From the human T2T-CHM13v2.0 reference genome, Homo sapiens: a stretch of DNA of 64,000 nt. Where the stretch lies: NCBI RefSeq assembly GCF_009914755.1, contig NC_060925.1, one strand, 5' to 3'. The notes under the pieces are model-generated. The model was not told where the DNA came from, did not search any database, and worked only from the letters and a program-made list of their open reading frames with translations. The position numbers and the translations under genes were made by a program. Position 1 is the first letter of the stretch. The number at the start of each line of letters is the position of its first letter. This document shows, one piece after another, positions 30,201 to 45,029 of this stretch.

Positions 30201-31164
30201 CCTGTGGGATGACGGAGCTGGACCAGCTGCTCCACAGCTGTTATTGGCAGAATCCCTCAAGAGAAAGGTAATTATTGACTGCTCACATAGGAGGCCCAGA
30301 GCATGGCGCCCCTGGGCAAAAAGTTAGGGGATGATGCAAAGCTCCAACAGGCAATGCCGGCTCCTTGGAGTGGCTCAGCTTGGCTCACATGTGGCTCTTC
30401 CTCGGAACAGTGTCCTTCCATCCCCTCCAACAGAATGGCCACCTCATCTGTCACAGAGTCCCCACATGTGGCCCTGCTGGAGCTGCCTCCCCCTCTAGAG
30501 GTGGAAGCATGGTCCCTGGAAATGGCAGATCCTCAGAAGCTGGGTGGGGAGCCTGAAATGTCTCCTTCTGCCACTTGATAAGGCAAATGATGGGTTTGTT
30601 TCTAGAGAAATCTTATCCCCACCTCCTAAAATCTTAAATCGGTTGCCGGGTACCCAGAACCTGAAAATACAAGCCTGACATGGATGGGCTTTCCACTGAG
30701 ATGTCTCTGGGGGAGAGATAATGAGCTGCAATGTGAGGCTGAGATCTACTTATGTGGGGAGCCCACCTTCTCAGCTGCCCAGTGCCCCCAAACCCCCAGC
30801 CTCCACTTCTCCCCAGAGACTCTCCAAGGCCTCCATCATTCAAGCTGGGAGTGAAGTCTGAGACTAGCAGTTGCCTTTGTGGTATCTTCCACTCAGATGC
30901 CCTGCAGGTCCTCTTAAAAAGAATAACAGCCAGCAAGAGGGAAAGTGGATAATTTCTAAAAGGTGAGTTGGCAAGTGTGGTTTTCTCTCTGTGGACAGTG
31001 GACAGTGGGAGGTCACAGGGAAAGCTGGTTGAAGAAGGGGATCTGTGGGGCTCAGAGCACCCAAGGGCCACCTCAGAGCAGAACTGTGGAAAGGTAGTGC
31101 ATTTGTCTGTTTTCATGCTGCTATTAAAGACATACCTGAGACTGGGTGATTTATAAAGAAAAGG

Positions 31165-31935
<771 letters not shown>

Positions 31936-32164
31936 TCACTATCACGAGAACAGCACAGGAAAGACCCACCCCCATGATTCAATTACCTTCCACCAGGTCC
32001 CTCCCATGACATGAGGGAATTATGGGAACTACAATTCAAAATGAGATTTGGGTGGGGACACAGCCAAACCATGTCAAGTAGGGATACAGCAGAGAGGTGG
32101 AACATGTTGAAGCTTCACAGCCTAAGAAAAGTTCTGACAATCGATCTGTGGCTCTGATGAACAT

Positions 32165-32580
32165 ACTTCATTCATTTTCTGTGGCTGTTTAAAACAGGAT
32201 CTGGAAAATGCTAGCCTGACACGGATGGGCTTTCTGTGTCACTATGCTCTCATGGTCTGGAAACCAGACGTCCCAAACTGAGGTGTGGTCAGGGCCCTGC
32301 TCCCTCTGAGACTCTGGGCAGAATCGGTCCTTGCCTCCTCCCCGCTTGTGGCCAGCCATCCCTGGAGTTCCTGGGCTTGCCCGCACCTCACTGCCATCTC
32401 TGCCTCCTTGTCACGTGGCATTCTCTCCGTGTGTCTCTTCTGGGACAGAAGTCGTTGGGTGTGGGGCCCACCGTAATCCGGTATGGCCACATTCCAACCT
32501 ACCTTGTTACATCTGCAAAGACCCTATTTCCAGATAAAGTAATTCCTAAGGTTCTGGGTGGACATTGTTCAACCTGGTAC
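32165..32580. mobile_element. MLT1A/B-type LTR
   Basis: ggtgtggtcagggccctgctccctctgag...tacatctgcaaagaccctatttcca. Confidence 0.8.
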
Positions 32581-33379
32581 ACCCAGGTGCGCAGATCCTT
32601 CAAAACTGAACGTGGATTCGCAGGCCCGAAGGAGCCGCAATTCCAGTATTTTGGGGCCCAACCAGGGTCCTGATTTCTGGAATGAGGGGGAGCAGCAGGC
32701 GGGAAGGGGGCAGTTCGGCCGGGAGCCCCCTCCTCAGATGGCCTTGGCTGTGTGGGGCGTGTTGGGCCGGCCATCCAGCCCCTGATGTGCCCCACCCGTG
32801 ACAGAGGCCAGGCGGCCCCGGGCCGGCAGCACGTGCACGGTCATCCAGGACACAGCCCAGGGCCTGCAGCGGGCAACGGCTTCTGCTGGGAGCACTTCCA
32901 TCTGGAAACCAGAGAGGTGTCCACAGAGAAGGGGCAGGACCTTCCCTCCCCGTCCGGGCTGGCTAGGCGGCAACCTCGCCGTGGAGGCAAATCCTTCCAC
33001 CTGGAGCCGAAACTCCGCAGAGATGATAAATCTCTCCTCGTGTCGGCTTCCAGAAACGACGCCTGCCATTTGCAGATGAAAAATGTCGGCGAGCCGGCTG
33101 GAAGCGGCAGGCACATGGCAGAAAGGTTAGCTCTCCTGCCTCTCCCCCGAACACAAGGCCTTTTCTTTCTCCAGCTGGAAGTGAGCACGCCTCATGAATG
33201 CAAAGCGCTCTTTCAACGTTCGATTTTAAATTCTTTGAATTAAATCTGGATCCTTCCGGGCCCTGTGTTCTCCCGGTTATTTATCACTGGCTAAGTGTAG
33301 AAGTCTGTTCGGCGTCTCCTGGGACTGCTGACTTAGAAGCTGCATCTGAAATGTTATAAACTATTTAAAACCAAAAGCT

Positions 33380-33920
33380 CGGCTGTGTCCAGTCGGGGGG
33401 AGCGCATTTGCAGGCCGCGCTGGGAGCGCTGGGAAAACGAGCGCTGGCCCCCTGCACACACACTCATTCTGCCTGGCCTTCCTCCGGGTAATCGCTTTGA
33501 TATACTTGAAAGCAAACCTTTTCCCCACCGAGGCGGGGCGATTCTTCCCCCTTATTTAGCAAACATTGACTTTTATTCCCTCCTCCATGGTCCTGCCTCT
33601 CTGTGAAATTAACAAGCCAGCTTTGTCCCCGCATCCCCACCGCCCCCACCCCGCCGCCTCCCCAGGCCCGTGGCAGTCCCACCACGCGCCGGCAGGGGGC
33701 GAGAAAGCCTCTCTTTTGAGGGCCCCACGCGGCGCTCCCGCGGGACCCGCCTGGGTCTGGGCTCCTGGGACAGGGAAGCCGGGCTTCTCCCCGGAGGCGG
33801 GGGCAGAGAAAGACCCAGTTCCTTCCGGACGTCGCACATCAGGACCTGCGATGCTGAAGAATGAGGAACTGGGTGGAAATCGTGGTTTGAAGCAGGGAGA
33901 GCGCCCCCCGCTCAATCTCT
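33380..33920. promoter_or_regulatory. CpG-rich segment with candidate CTCF motif (cgcgccggcagggggcgag, 33685-33703)
   Basis: High local CpG density by eye; motif resembles the CCAGCAGGGGGCGC core. Confidence 0.5.
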
Positions 33921-34317
33921 CAGGAGCCCTGCCGGGTGCCCCTGCCACCTGTCCCGTGCCACCAGGGCCACACTCCCCAAAAGGCCGTGCGTGGAGGGCT
34001 CAGTCCCCAGCCCTGCCTGGACACTGGCTGACAGCACTGTCCCTGCTGACAGCCGAGGAAACTGGGCCGGAGTGGCTGGAATTGGGTGGGAGCTCCCACG
34101 GGGTGACTCTGCACCTCAGTCCTGGGGACCTGGCCTATGCCCTGTCCAGGGGAGCTCCAAGACGGCCCTCGATGTGCCATCTCGTTTGGGTGACTTCTGC
34201 CCCTCAGCTGGGCTGACCAGCGTGCTTCTGATGGGTGGAGAGCAGCACGGGTGACGCTGCTTCCCAGAGAGGGTTCTGGCGAGGCCCTGGCCTCTGCGTT
34301 GGCTGGCCGCCTCCTCC

Positions 34318-34510
34318 TTCTGTCTCTCTCCCCACCTTTTGCTCTAGCTTTCTGTTTCCCTCTTCCTTTCTGTCTCTCTGTCTCTGTCTCTTTTGCTGTC
34401 TCTGTCTCTCTCTCCCTTCTCCTCTGTCTCTGTGTCTCTCTCTGTCTCTGTCTCTCACCCCCTCCTCCTCTCTCTGTTTGTGTCTCTCTCTCTGTCTCTG
34501 TCTCTCTCTC
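34318..34510. repeat. (CT)n/(CTGT)n pyrimidine-rich repeat within an MLT1-type LTR (about 34230-34790)
   Basis: Direct reading. Flanks carry MLT1 phrases (ccagattcctggccctcagaaac..gagat...taagctgctgaag). Confidence 0.8.
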
Positions 34511-35029
34511 GGTCTAGTCCCCCCAAGGGAAGCCGATGCCATGTATGAAGCTACCTGGAGAGGCCGATGTGGCAAGACACCAAGGCCGGACAATGGCTAG
34601 ATGAGAGCTTGGAGGCCAAACTCCCCTCTCACTCCCCATTGAATCTTCAGATGAGACGGCAGGCCCTGCCCACAGCTTAGCTGCAGCCTCATCAGGACCT
34701 GAGACTCAAAGGCACCCACACAAGCTGTACCCAGATTCCTGGCCCTCAGAAACATGAGATGAGAAACACTTGTCTTAAGCTGCTGAAGCGTGGAATAACT
34801 CCCTACCTGGCCGGAGAGGCCTGGAGAGTAACTCCCAATGTGGCTGGAGAGGGCCATGGCCCCTCCTTCTCTGCTCCACATGCAGCAGCCTCTCCTGAAA
34901 TGCCCACCAGGCTCCCGCCTCTCACTGGGTGCTACGCTGTCACCTGGATCCCCAAGGCGGGGAGTGCCGCTGCTTGCTGCGCACAAACACAGCCGGTTCC
35001 CAGCGGGCAGGCAGCACCTGCTGAACTCC

Positions 35030-35408
35030 GGCCCCCTCTAAAATGCACATATTCATGTCCTAGCCCCCAGTACCTGGGAATAGGACCAAATAGGGTGTTT
35101 GCAGATGATCAAGGCAAGATGAGGTCATTGAGGTGGGCCCTAACCCAAAAGGACTGGTGTCCTTGGGAGAAGGAGAACCCAGATGCAGAGGCATAGACAG
35201 GGCCGACTAGAGCGATGCCACCACAGCCCAGGAGCCCCAGACACCAGGAGCCGGGCCTGGAGCAGGGACCTGCCCAGTGCCCTCAGAGGCTGGCGGCCCC
35301 ATCCACACCCTGATGTTGGACTTCCGGTCTCCAGAACTGCGGGAGGATGAATTTCTGTTGTTTCCACTGCTGAGTTTGCAGCACGTGCTTCCGGCAGCCC
35401 CAGGACAT
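35030..35408. mobile_element. MLT1A/B-type LTR
   Basis: aaatagggtgtttgcagatg...gatgaggtcat..ggtgggccctaa...ggacttccggtctccagaactg..gatgaatttctgttgttt. Confidence 0.8.
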
Positions 35409-36651
35409 GGGTGCATCGGCTGCCAGAATCCACCCCTCCATTAGCCCTTGAGTTTTCGTGTGGAGATTTTAGAAGACCTTGGGAGGAAAGTGACCCTTTG
35501 AGGAATTGTCCCATGGTTCTTCACATATGGGGTGTTGGACCCTGGGAAGGGGAAGGAGGAAGCTGGGAACATTTTTCTGCCAGTTTCTGTCCATGTTGTG
35601 AGCACGTGCACCCCTGGATGGACCAGCCCTGAGTTCAGGTGCAGCCCCAAAGTACACGGCAAGCATATGCAGGTGGGCGCGCAATGCGATTGACGGCGCT
35701 TCGCTTGTAACAGAAAAAAGAAAAAACAGAAAAACCTCAATAATTGAACAATTATTAAATGGAAATACCTCAATAGGGGTTGGTCTAATAAAGTGGGCAA
35801 CGCAGACAACAGGTCACTGAGCAGCTGTTCAGAAGAGCAGCACTGCACTCCACACACTCGCTCGGAGGAGGAGGGGCAGGGACACGTGGGGGATGCGCCT
35901 GACCCAGGGTAACCGCAGTGACACTGGAGCAGCAAGCGGGGCCGGGAGGGGGCTTCCCGGCACCTCACACGGTGCTCAGCGCCAATGCTCCAGGTCAAAG
36001 CCCAGTTCCCCTTGAAAGTCAATACAAATGCGAGCAGTGCTCTCCGGAGGGAGATGGGCATGGGCAGAGGCTGTTCTCATCCCTCAGCCCCCGTATGCCT
36101 GTGGCCTTGCCCGGCCAGCCTCAAGCCTGCTCCAGCTTCACCTGCTATGGACGGGACACAGGAGGGGCCTGGCTCCCACACCCCCCAGCACATGTGTGCA
36201 CAGAGCAAAATATTTCCAAGTCCAGAGGAGTGAGGCTGCCCTGTGCGCTGATGCCACCCTGTCCCTGGCAGGCGAGCAAAGGCACTGCCCAGCCTCCAGA
36301 CTTAGTGTCCCTGCAGCCTGGTCCTCCCACCACCCTCCTGCCTGTGTTCCTCCAGGGCAGAGGTGCCTGGTAGCTTGGCAGTGTCTGGGCTCACTCTCCT
36401 CCTCCCCTACTCCAGGGTTGGATGCTCCCCCGGCCCTGCAGCGAGGCACTGAGTCCTGGCCAGGGGAAGCGCCGAGCCCCTGCATTGGAAAATAACAACA
36501 GTACTCATAATGCTGATGACTGAGCAGAGCTCACCTGAGGATGTGCACGCTCGTGAGCGCCTTGGGGCTGCACTGGCACTCGAGCCTCGGCCACCTTGCC
36601 CATGAGCCTCACTCCAGGCCTCTGCACGGAGAGCTGAAGAGGGCCAGTCCC

Positions 36652-36930
36652 ATGTGGACTGAATGTTCCCCTGCTGTCCTCTGTGAAGCCGTTTAACACC
36701 CAGTGTGGTGGGGTCAGGAGATGGGGCCTTTGGGAGGTGATTAGGGTCCTTGTGAGAAGAGAATGAGACCAGAGCCCCTTCCCTCTCTGCCACTGAGGAC
36801 ACAGTCAGAGATGACCCTCACAGACCCCCCGGTGTTGGGCCTGATCTCAGACTCCCAGGCTCAGAACCGTGAGAGGTCAGCGGCTGCTGCCGAAGTCCCC
36901 AGGCTGTGTGATTTTGTGAGGATGCCCTCA
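36652..36930. mobile_element. MSTD/MLT1A-type LTR fragment
   Basis: tggactgaatgtt...ggggcctttgggaggtgattaggg...gatctcagactcccag..cagaaccgtgaga. Confidence 0.7.
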
Positions 36931-37349
36931 ATGGCAGCAGCCCATCTCTGGGCACCATGCAGAGCAGTCCACCAGCATCTGGCTGCATGTGGATAATGCC
37001 ACTGAGGTGTGGTCTTGGGCCCCAGGGCTTAGCCCACCCTCATGGGTGGCACCTACTTGACACCCCACAAGGGAGGCAGTCCTGGGGTCTGCATTTTCTA
37101 GCCCAGCCTGCAGTCGGGGAGCAAGTCACAGAGCCCTGGAAGCTGCTGCAGGGAGGGCCCTTGTCTTTTTAGCATCCAGAACCCAATATTCCCAAACCTC
37201 CATCTCAGGTTCCTGCCACACCTGTCCCAGGTGAGAGGCCACCTCTGCAGCCATTGTGTGCCTAGGTGGGGCTCATCCCCTGGCCAGGGAGGCTGGAGCC
37301 GCCACTCTCCTGAGACCACCCCTGCTGGCCACTGCTCTGGGCACCACAG

Positions 37350-38330
37350 AAGGAAAGAAGAGAGGGAGGGAGGAGACAGGAAAGGAAGGAGGGAGGGAGG
37401 GAGGAGAGAGGAAGGCAGAGAGGGAGAGAGGGAGGAGAGAGGAAGGGAAGGAGGGGGGAGAGAGGAAAGGAAGGAGGGAGGAGAGAGGAAGGGAATGAGG
37501 GAGTAGGAGAGAGGAAGTCAGAGAGGGAGAGAGGGAGGAGAGAGGAAGGGAAGGAGGGGGGAGAGAGGAAAGGAAGGAGGGAGGAGAGAGGAAGGGAATG
37601 AGGGAGTAGGGGAGAGGAAGAGAAAGAGGGAGGGGTGGAGGAAGGGGAGAGGAAGGGAAAGAGGGAGGGAGGGGAGAGGAAGGGAATGAGGGAGGGAGAA
37701 AGGAGAGAGGAAGGGAAGGAGAGAGGGACGGAGGGAGGAGGGAGGAAGGGAAGGAGGGAGGGAGGAGGGAGGGAGGAGGGAGGAAGGGAAGGAGGGAGGG
37801 AGGAGAGAGGAAGGGAAGGAGGGAGGGAGGGAGGAGGGAGGGAGGAGGGAGGAAGGGAAGGAGGGAGGGAGGGAGGAGGGAGGGAGGAGAGAGGAAAGGA
37901 AGAAGGGAGGGAGGGAGGAGGGAGGGAGGAGGGAGGAAGGGAGGGAGGGAGGGAGGAAGGGAAGGAGAGAAGGAGAAAGAAGTGAGGAAAGAAGGAGGGA
38001 GGGGAGAGAAAATGGAGGAAGGAGGATGGGAACAGGGGAGGGAGAGAAGGAGGAAGGAAGGAGGGAAGGAGATACGTAGGAAGGAAGGAGGGAAAAAGGA
38101 AGAGAGAAAGGGAAGGAAGGAGGGAGGAAGGGAGGAAGGAAGGAGAGAGGGAGGGCAGGAGGAGGGGAGGGAGGGAGGAAGGGAAGAAGGGAGGGGAGAG
38201 GAAGAGCAGGAGGAAGGTAAGGAGGGAGGAGGGATGGAGAAGGGAGGGAGGGAGGAAGCGAGGAGGAGAGGGAGGGAGGATGGTGGGAGGGAGGGAGGGG
38301 GGAAGCGGGGAGCCAGGGGAGGGAGGAAGG
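37350..38330. repeat. ~1-kb polypurine (GGA/GGGA/GGAA) tract
   Basis: Almost exclusively G and A on the + strand. Confidence 0.95.
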
Positions 38331-41270
38331 CTGGATACATGAAGTATGGCTGGAAAGATGGATACTGGGTGGGTGGATGCGTGGGTAGGTGGATGGAGGG
38401 GACTCGGATTCCATCTTAGGGACTCACAAGCGCTGAGCTGCGGGGGAGAATGCTGGGGCTTGGGCCCTTCTGGGGTGACGGGCAGAGAGGTGGAGGAGCA
38501 GCCGTACTGGATCCTCCTGTGGCCGCTCGTGGGCCCTGTGCTCCCCACACCCTCCTCACTCTTTTGAGGACAGCGCACCTCCTGCCATCCAAGAGTCGCC
38601 CTGTTCCTTCACTACTGACACTGGCGTGGAACCCTCAGCCAGAGGGATCTGGCCACCAGATGTAGGGCCGGCACTGATGAGCCCAGTCCACTGGTCAATA
38701 ATTGGCTGAGGCTCTGTCCACCACTGACAGATGGAACCAGGGACAATGGGGCCGACAGAGAGGCCCCTCGCCCAGGTTTTCGGTGACCGGGGCACCCTAA
38801 GCCAGGCTAGTGGGGGCAGGGGGTGCCCAGCAGATACAGGGCTGCCCACTCCAAGCTCAAATGCCTGACAGCTTCCCGGGGACACCCACGTCCATCCACC
38901 TCCAGCTGCAGTCTCAGGGCCCCTCCCCGGGGATGGGAGGTGGGTGGGGGGTGCTGGCGGAGTGGGAGGCGGCTGTGCTGGGCACAACTACTCCAGCAGA
39001 AGGAAGAATGAGGCTTTCTGTGTAGGACGAAATGATGACCCCAGAATCATCTCAGGGTGAGCCCTGCCCTGGAGGGGGTTGGCGGTGCAGCCAGCTCACC
39101 CATAAACTTGTTCAAGTGATTTATGAGGCTTGCTCAGCGCGGGTGGGGGTGGACCAAGGCGGAACCGTGGCCTCTAATTGGAGCAGGGAAAGGAGAACGT
39201 CCTTGTGTTAATAACAGCCTTCGCCACCAGCGCTCCCCATGAGCTCCAAGACCGCTCAGCTACTGGGGTTTCTGTCCAGTTGGACATCAAATCCCCTAGG
39301 TGACAGGGACCCCTGTGGGTCTCACACGGGTACCTCCAGGAGGTGCAGACACAAGTAGTCAGAGGGTCGAAGGTGTTTCCTCATGGATGGTGAGCACGGT
39401 GTCTCGCACCGCTGATGGGAAGAGGCCGAGGTTCCCAGGCACCTGAGAACCGAGAACCACAGGGAGGAACTTCTGCCCTGGGGACAGCTGGAAACCAGTA
39501 GAATGTCACATAGGCTGTGGCTCTTAAACCCACTGGATCTTCTCAGTGGCCACGTGGTGCCAGCCCCAGACAGTGGCCAGGCCTCCTTGGTGGTAGGGTC
39601 TTCAGGGTCCTTCCTGCTTCTTCTGGCTCTGCCCACATGGCAGACAATTCTTCAGCCCAGTGAGACACTGAGCAGCCAGGACAGAAGCGTCTACCGAGCC
39701 AGCGGCAGGGCCCTGAGCCAGGCCTTGCCCCTGAGGTTCTCGGCTCCAACAGCAAACCCAGATACGACGGTGACGGAGCCAGCGTCGCCCCGGGTGTCCA
39801 GGCATCCCGATGGTAACTAGGGCAAGACCACCCTGCCTGCCAATTGCTTCTCCCAAATAGACAAACAGCAATGTGGTGGGCTTCGAAGGGCCTGCTCTGC
39901 CGGGCATGTGGCATCTCGGCCACGACTCTCCTGAGTTACCAGGATGGGTCAGGGCACCAGACCCAAGGCCAAGGGCACCACTTCTCCCAGGCTCAGCAGG
40001 GACAGTGAAAACATTTAGGGAAAAAAGGACCTGGCCCAGGGCCACTGTGCTGCCAGTGCCCCGGCTTTCCCAGTTGTGTACTTGGGGGTATGCCCTTGTC
40101 TTCTCCAAAACGGGGACTGGCAGGGGTCATGGAGGGACCGAGAAGAGCTGAAAATAGGTGGAAAGTCCCAGACCTAATGTGGAGGCTGGGGAAGCAGCCG
40201 GGCCGGGGAGGGCGGGGGCGGGGGCCTGTGTGTTTTTGCAGGACATGCACAAGGGTAAGAGGCTGTGCCCGGGGTGCTGTGACTGTGCCTTGTGACAGCA
40301 ACAGGGGATGGAGGAACCTCAGAAGCCCCACAACACCCCACCGGGAGCTCAGCAGCCCAGGCTTAGCGGCGTCTGCCTCCTCCTCTGTCCTGCCTGCAAA
40401 TGCCCAAGACCCCAGCCCGCCCAGGGCCACCTCAAAGCATCTGTGTGCCTGACCCAAGAGCCCTCCGCACCAGCATTGCCACTGCCTCCCACTGTGGCCA
40501 CCGGCAGAGCCAAAATCTAGAAAGCATCGGAGCACGTTCCTCTCAGCTCAGCCCCGAGTATTGGGCGACACTGACGCACTTCCAGCCACACCTGAGAACC
40601 AAGGATGCAGACCCTCTGTGATGGCTGCAGGCTGGAACCCCAAGGCGCAGCAGCCAGCCAGGGAATGCTCTCCCCAAAATGTGAGACTCGAAACCTTAGC
40701 AATCCCCACAGGTTGGTGGTGGACCTGGACTGTGCAGAGCCGGGGTCTGGGAGACAACACAGCAGGCTTAGTCGTCCCAGCCTTGCGGGCCCTTCCCAGG
40801 CCAAGGCCATCTCTACAAGGTAGACAGGGCTTAGCCGGGGGCTGTGGGCAGAGAGGGCTCAGCCGGGGGGGCACGTACCATCCCTGAGCGGCACTCTCTC
40901 GCCCTCCTGGGTAAACCTGGTGCCCATCTGGGGCCATCTCTGGTAGCATCGGCTGATGTTGAGCCAGTGCTCAGCAGGGCATGTGACTGAGAGGGACCTT
41001 GCCCCTCTGCAGAGCCAGGAGAGAGCCTCCCAGATCCTGTCCCAGGGCTTCAAAGGGCCAGCCTTGTGGACAGCCACACCTCTGCCAGGACCCCAGGTTG
41101 TGCAGGTCAGCAGGGATGGGCCCACTTGTATTTCCCAGGACTGGCGCCTGTGGTCTCCTAGTTCAGCGAGGAGGGAACCCTTCCCGCGCAGGGTGGTCCT
41201 TCTGTTGTGAATGTGGCTGCATGGGACAGCCAGAAAGGCATTGGAGGATGAGTCACCTCGCAGCCTGGGA

Positions 41271-41438
41271 CCTGCCTGGAAGATGACCTTCGAGGGGGGC
41301 ACCATTTGCCCGTGCACGCTATCGAACAGGAGCGGGGTTGGGATGGCGCCTGCCCCTGGAAGATGGCGTTCAAGGGGGGCACCCTCTGCCCGTGCCTGCT
41401 ATCGAACAGGAGCAGGGTCGGGATGGTGCCTGCCCCTG
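41271..41438. repeat. Tandem duplication, 2 x 80 bp
   Basis: cctggaagatg...gctatcgaacaggagc...cctgcc starts at 41275 and 41355. Confidence 0.9.
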
Positions 41439-41823
41439 CCCCGGGACACTCTCCGTGTCCCCCAGCACAGGCCTCAGGTGACCTTCAGCAGGACCTGCGG
41501 GGTGACCTTGATGTGGGCAGGGAGGAGCTCCAGCGCCTGGGTCAACAGGTTTCGAAGGAGGCCTCAGGGCCCTAGGCCGTGCCCATGGGTCAGTGCCTCC
41601 GTCCACACCTACTGCCTCAGGGAGCCCGGGGTCTCTGAGACGACTGCAAGCAAGCTGTGTGGTGGCTGCCACAGTTTCCAGAGAAATGGAGATTTAAGAG
41701 CCACACCTGCCCTGGCACGCTTTTGACTCAGTTTCCCTCTGGGGGGGTCCCCTCTAGGAAAATCCTTCAATAATCAAGTTTTTGTTGACTACCACCCAGG
41801 GATTAGTGGGGCCCACAAAACCA

Positions 41824-42003
41824 CGTGTCAACAAGACACATCTACACCACACATCAACAACGAGTGTACCACGCGTGTCTACACCACCCATCTATCCCAT
41901 GCATCTACACGGCACATCCATATGCGTCTGTACCTCGTGTCTACACCACATGTCTGTACCACGTGTCTAGACTGCCCATCTACAACATGTGTCTACACCA
42001 CCA
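41824..42003. repeat. Degenerate minisatellite (gtgtctacaccac-like)
   Basis: Recurrent tctacac(c)ac and gtaccacg motifs. Confidence 0.7.
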
Positions 42004-43288
42004 TCGGATTAATGCCTGCTGGTGGGTCAGCAGGGCAGGCAGGACACACAGAGGGGGCCACCAGCAGGAGCTGAGGGGCTCCAGGAAGGGAGTGACCCCG
42101 GGAGGCGTCCTCTGGGAGAACTCTGGGGGGCCAAGCTGGGCTGGAGCATGATTGTGGATATGACAGGAGAGGTAGAATAAACCTCACATTCTCCAAGGCC
42201 ACCTCCAACCTCCTTAGGAAAAAAGTGAAGCTGGTTCCCAGGTTGGATCCCCTCCCACTTTCTCCCCAAGCGGAAGACAAAGCGGGGGTCTGAGTGCCGG
42301 GCGTGCACTGTTGTGGGTGCCCTTGGCCTGGCCCGGTGCCTCCTTCCTGGTCATGCTCAGGCCTTGACCTTTAATGGCCTGGTCACCTCTGAGCATTGCT
42401 CTGTGGTTGTGGCCTGACTGTGTGGCAGCTCATAGACACAGAGAGGTGTCACAGGCTGCAATCCAGGCTACCCATGTGAAACCAGCAGGCCATATCTTCA
42501 GGGCTGTTGGGTTCCCAACTCTATGGCTGCTGGACTTTGTTGTGTGCTGGCACTTCAGAGTCTGCAGAGAGGAATGAGGGGTGCTGGCCTCAAGCCAGAG
42601 CAGAGATGTATTCCTGGACAAAGGGCCAGCAGCCCAGAGGGCTTTGAATAGGGTCTACCCAGTGGGACAGACAGCCAGGACTAATGGGATGGAGGGAGGA
42701 GAAATCCCTGAGAGCTTCCTGGGGGAATCACTATTCAAAAGCACATTCTAAGTGCCTGCTGGGACAGAACTGCTTACAACACCCCTCCGACCTGGTGCTT
42801 GGTTTTCCCCCTTAGCAAAGGGAAGTGTTGTCACCCCAGAAGTTGCAGCTCAGGGGCCAGAGAAGCTGGTTTTCTAGGGTGCACGCAGGCTGGGCTGCTT
42901 CTCTCCACTCTAAAGCTAAGTCTCTGCCTCAGCCCACAGGCTTGTCCAGCACCGCCCTAGGATGCACTTGTCTCTCTCTCTCTCTCTCACCTCACCCTGT
43001 GGGGGATGGGGGACTCAGAGCCCCACCCCCAGGGCCTCTGAGGCTCAGGACAATCGTTGCCTTGGCTAGATTGTTACCTAGGAGACAACCCCCTGGCCCC
43101 CTGGAAGAGGCCTCAGCAGGCCCAGGCCACCTGGAGGGAGAGCAGACCTGCGGCTGAGGATGCAGGGCTCCCGGGCACGGTGCTAGCCCTGCCTTGAGAC
43201 ACCCCGAGAGCTGTGGGAAGAGCTGTGGGATCCCCTATTGCATCACAAAGCGGCCCTGGAGGGCTGGTCTTTATTTTGATGAGGCTGA

Positions 43289-44440
<1,152 letters not shown>

Positions 44441-44502
44441 AGGCCGCTTCTCGTTGGGTACCGTGGGGGGTGAACCCTAGCCCCAGCTTTGGGAGGATGT
44501 TC

Positions 44503-44508
44503 AATAAA
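44503..44508 (+). terminator. Polyadenylation signal of ACTRT2
   Basis: AATAAA about 60 nt after the TGA stop, consistent with a short 3' UTR. Confidence 0.85.
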
Positions 44509-45029
44509 GGACCAATGCCGGAACACCTGGCCACCTCGGCTCAGTTCCTTCTTGGGGGCGGCAGAGTCATTTCTGGCCCTGACAGTGAATCTGTGAAGTG
44601 TCTTGGTCCACACCCGCTCCCCTTCGCTTCCTCCCAAGAAAGCCTGGGCTGAGGCCAGGCTGTGTCCATCTGCAGTTTGTATGAAAGTAGGGTCCTGGGC
44701 CTCAGGTGAATAGGGCGCTGGAGTCCGCATTCTAAACAAGGGTCTTAGGTGGGCTGAGAGAGTCGGCAGGGATGGTGGGGACTAGCGCGTGCACCAGGTT
44801 CTGACGGCTCAGCAAGAAACCCCTCCCTGTGTGGGCCCTACCTAGCATGCCAGGGCCGGGGCTCTGCTTGTGTGAGGCCGGGCGGCTGAACAGGGTGGAG
44901 CTGCCGCTCTCAGCAGATAGGAACAGACGGGAACAGAAGTCACCGTTTGTTTAGGGCCCTCTAAACTCAGGGGTCCTGCTCCCAAAGGAAGTACAAAGAA
45001 TCAACACTTCTGCTTAGCAAGTGTGATTC

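Noticed and set aside
37262-38578. 438-aa, 355-aa and 298-aa Pro/Ser/Leu ORFs
   Set aside because: Translations of the polypyrimidine strand, open in all three frames.
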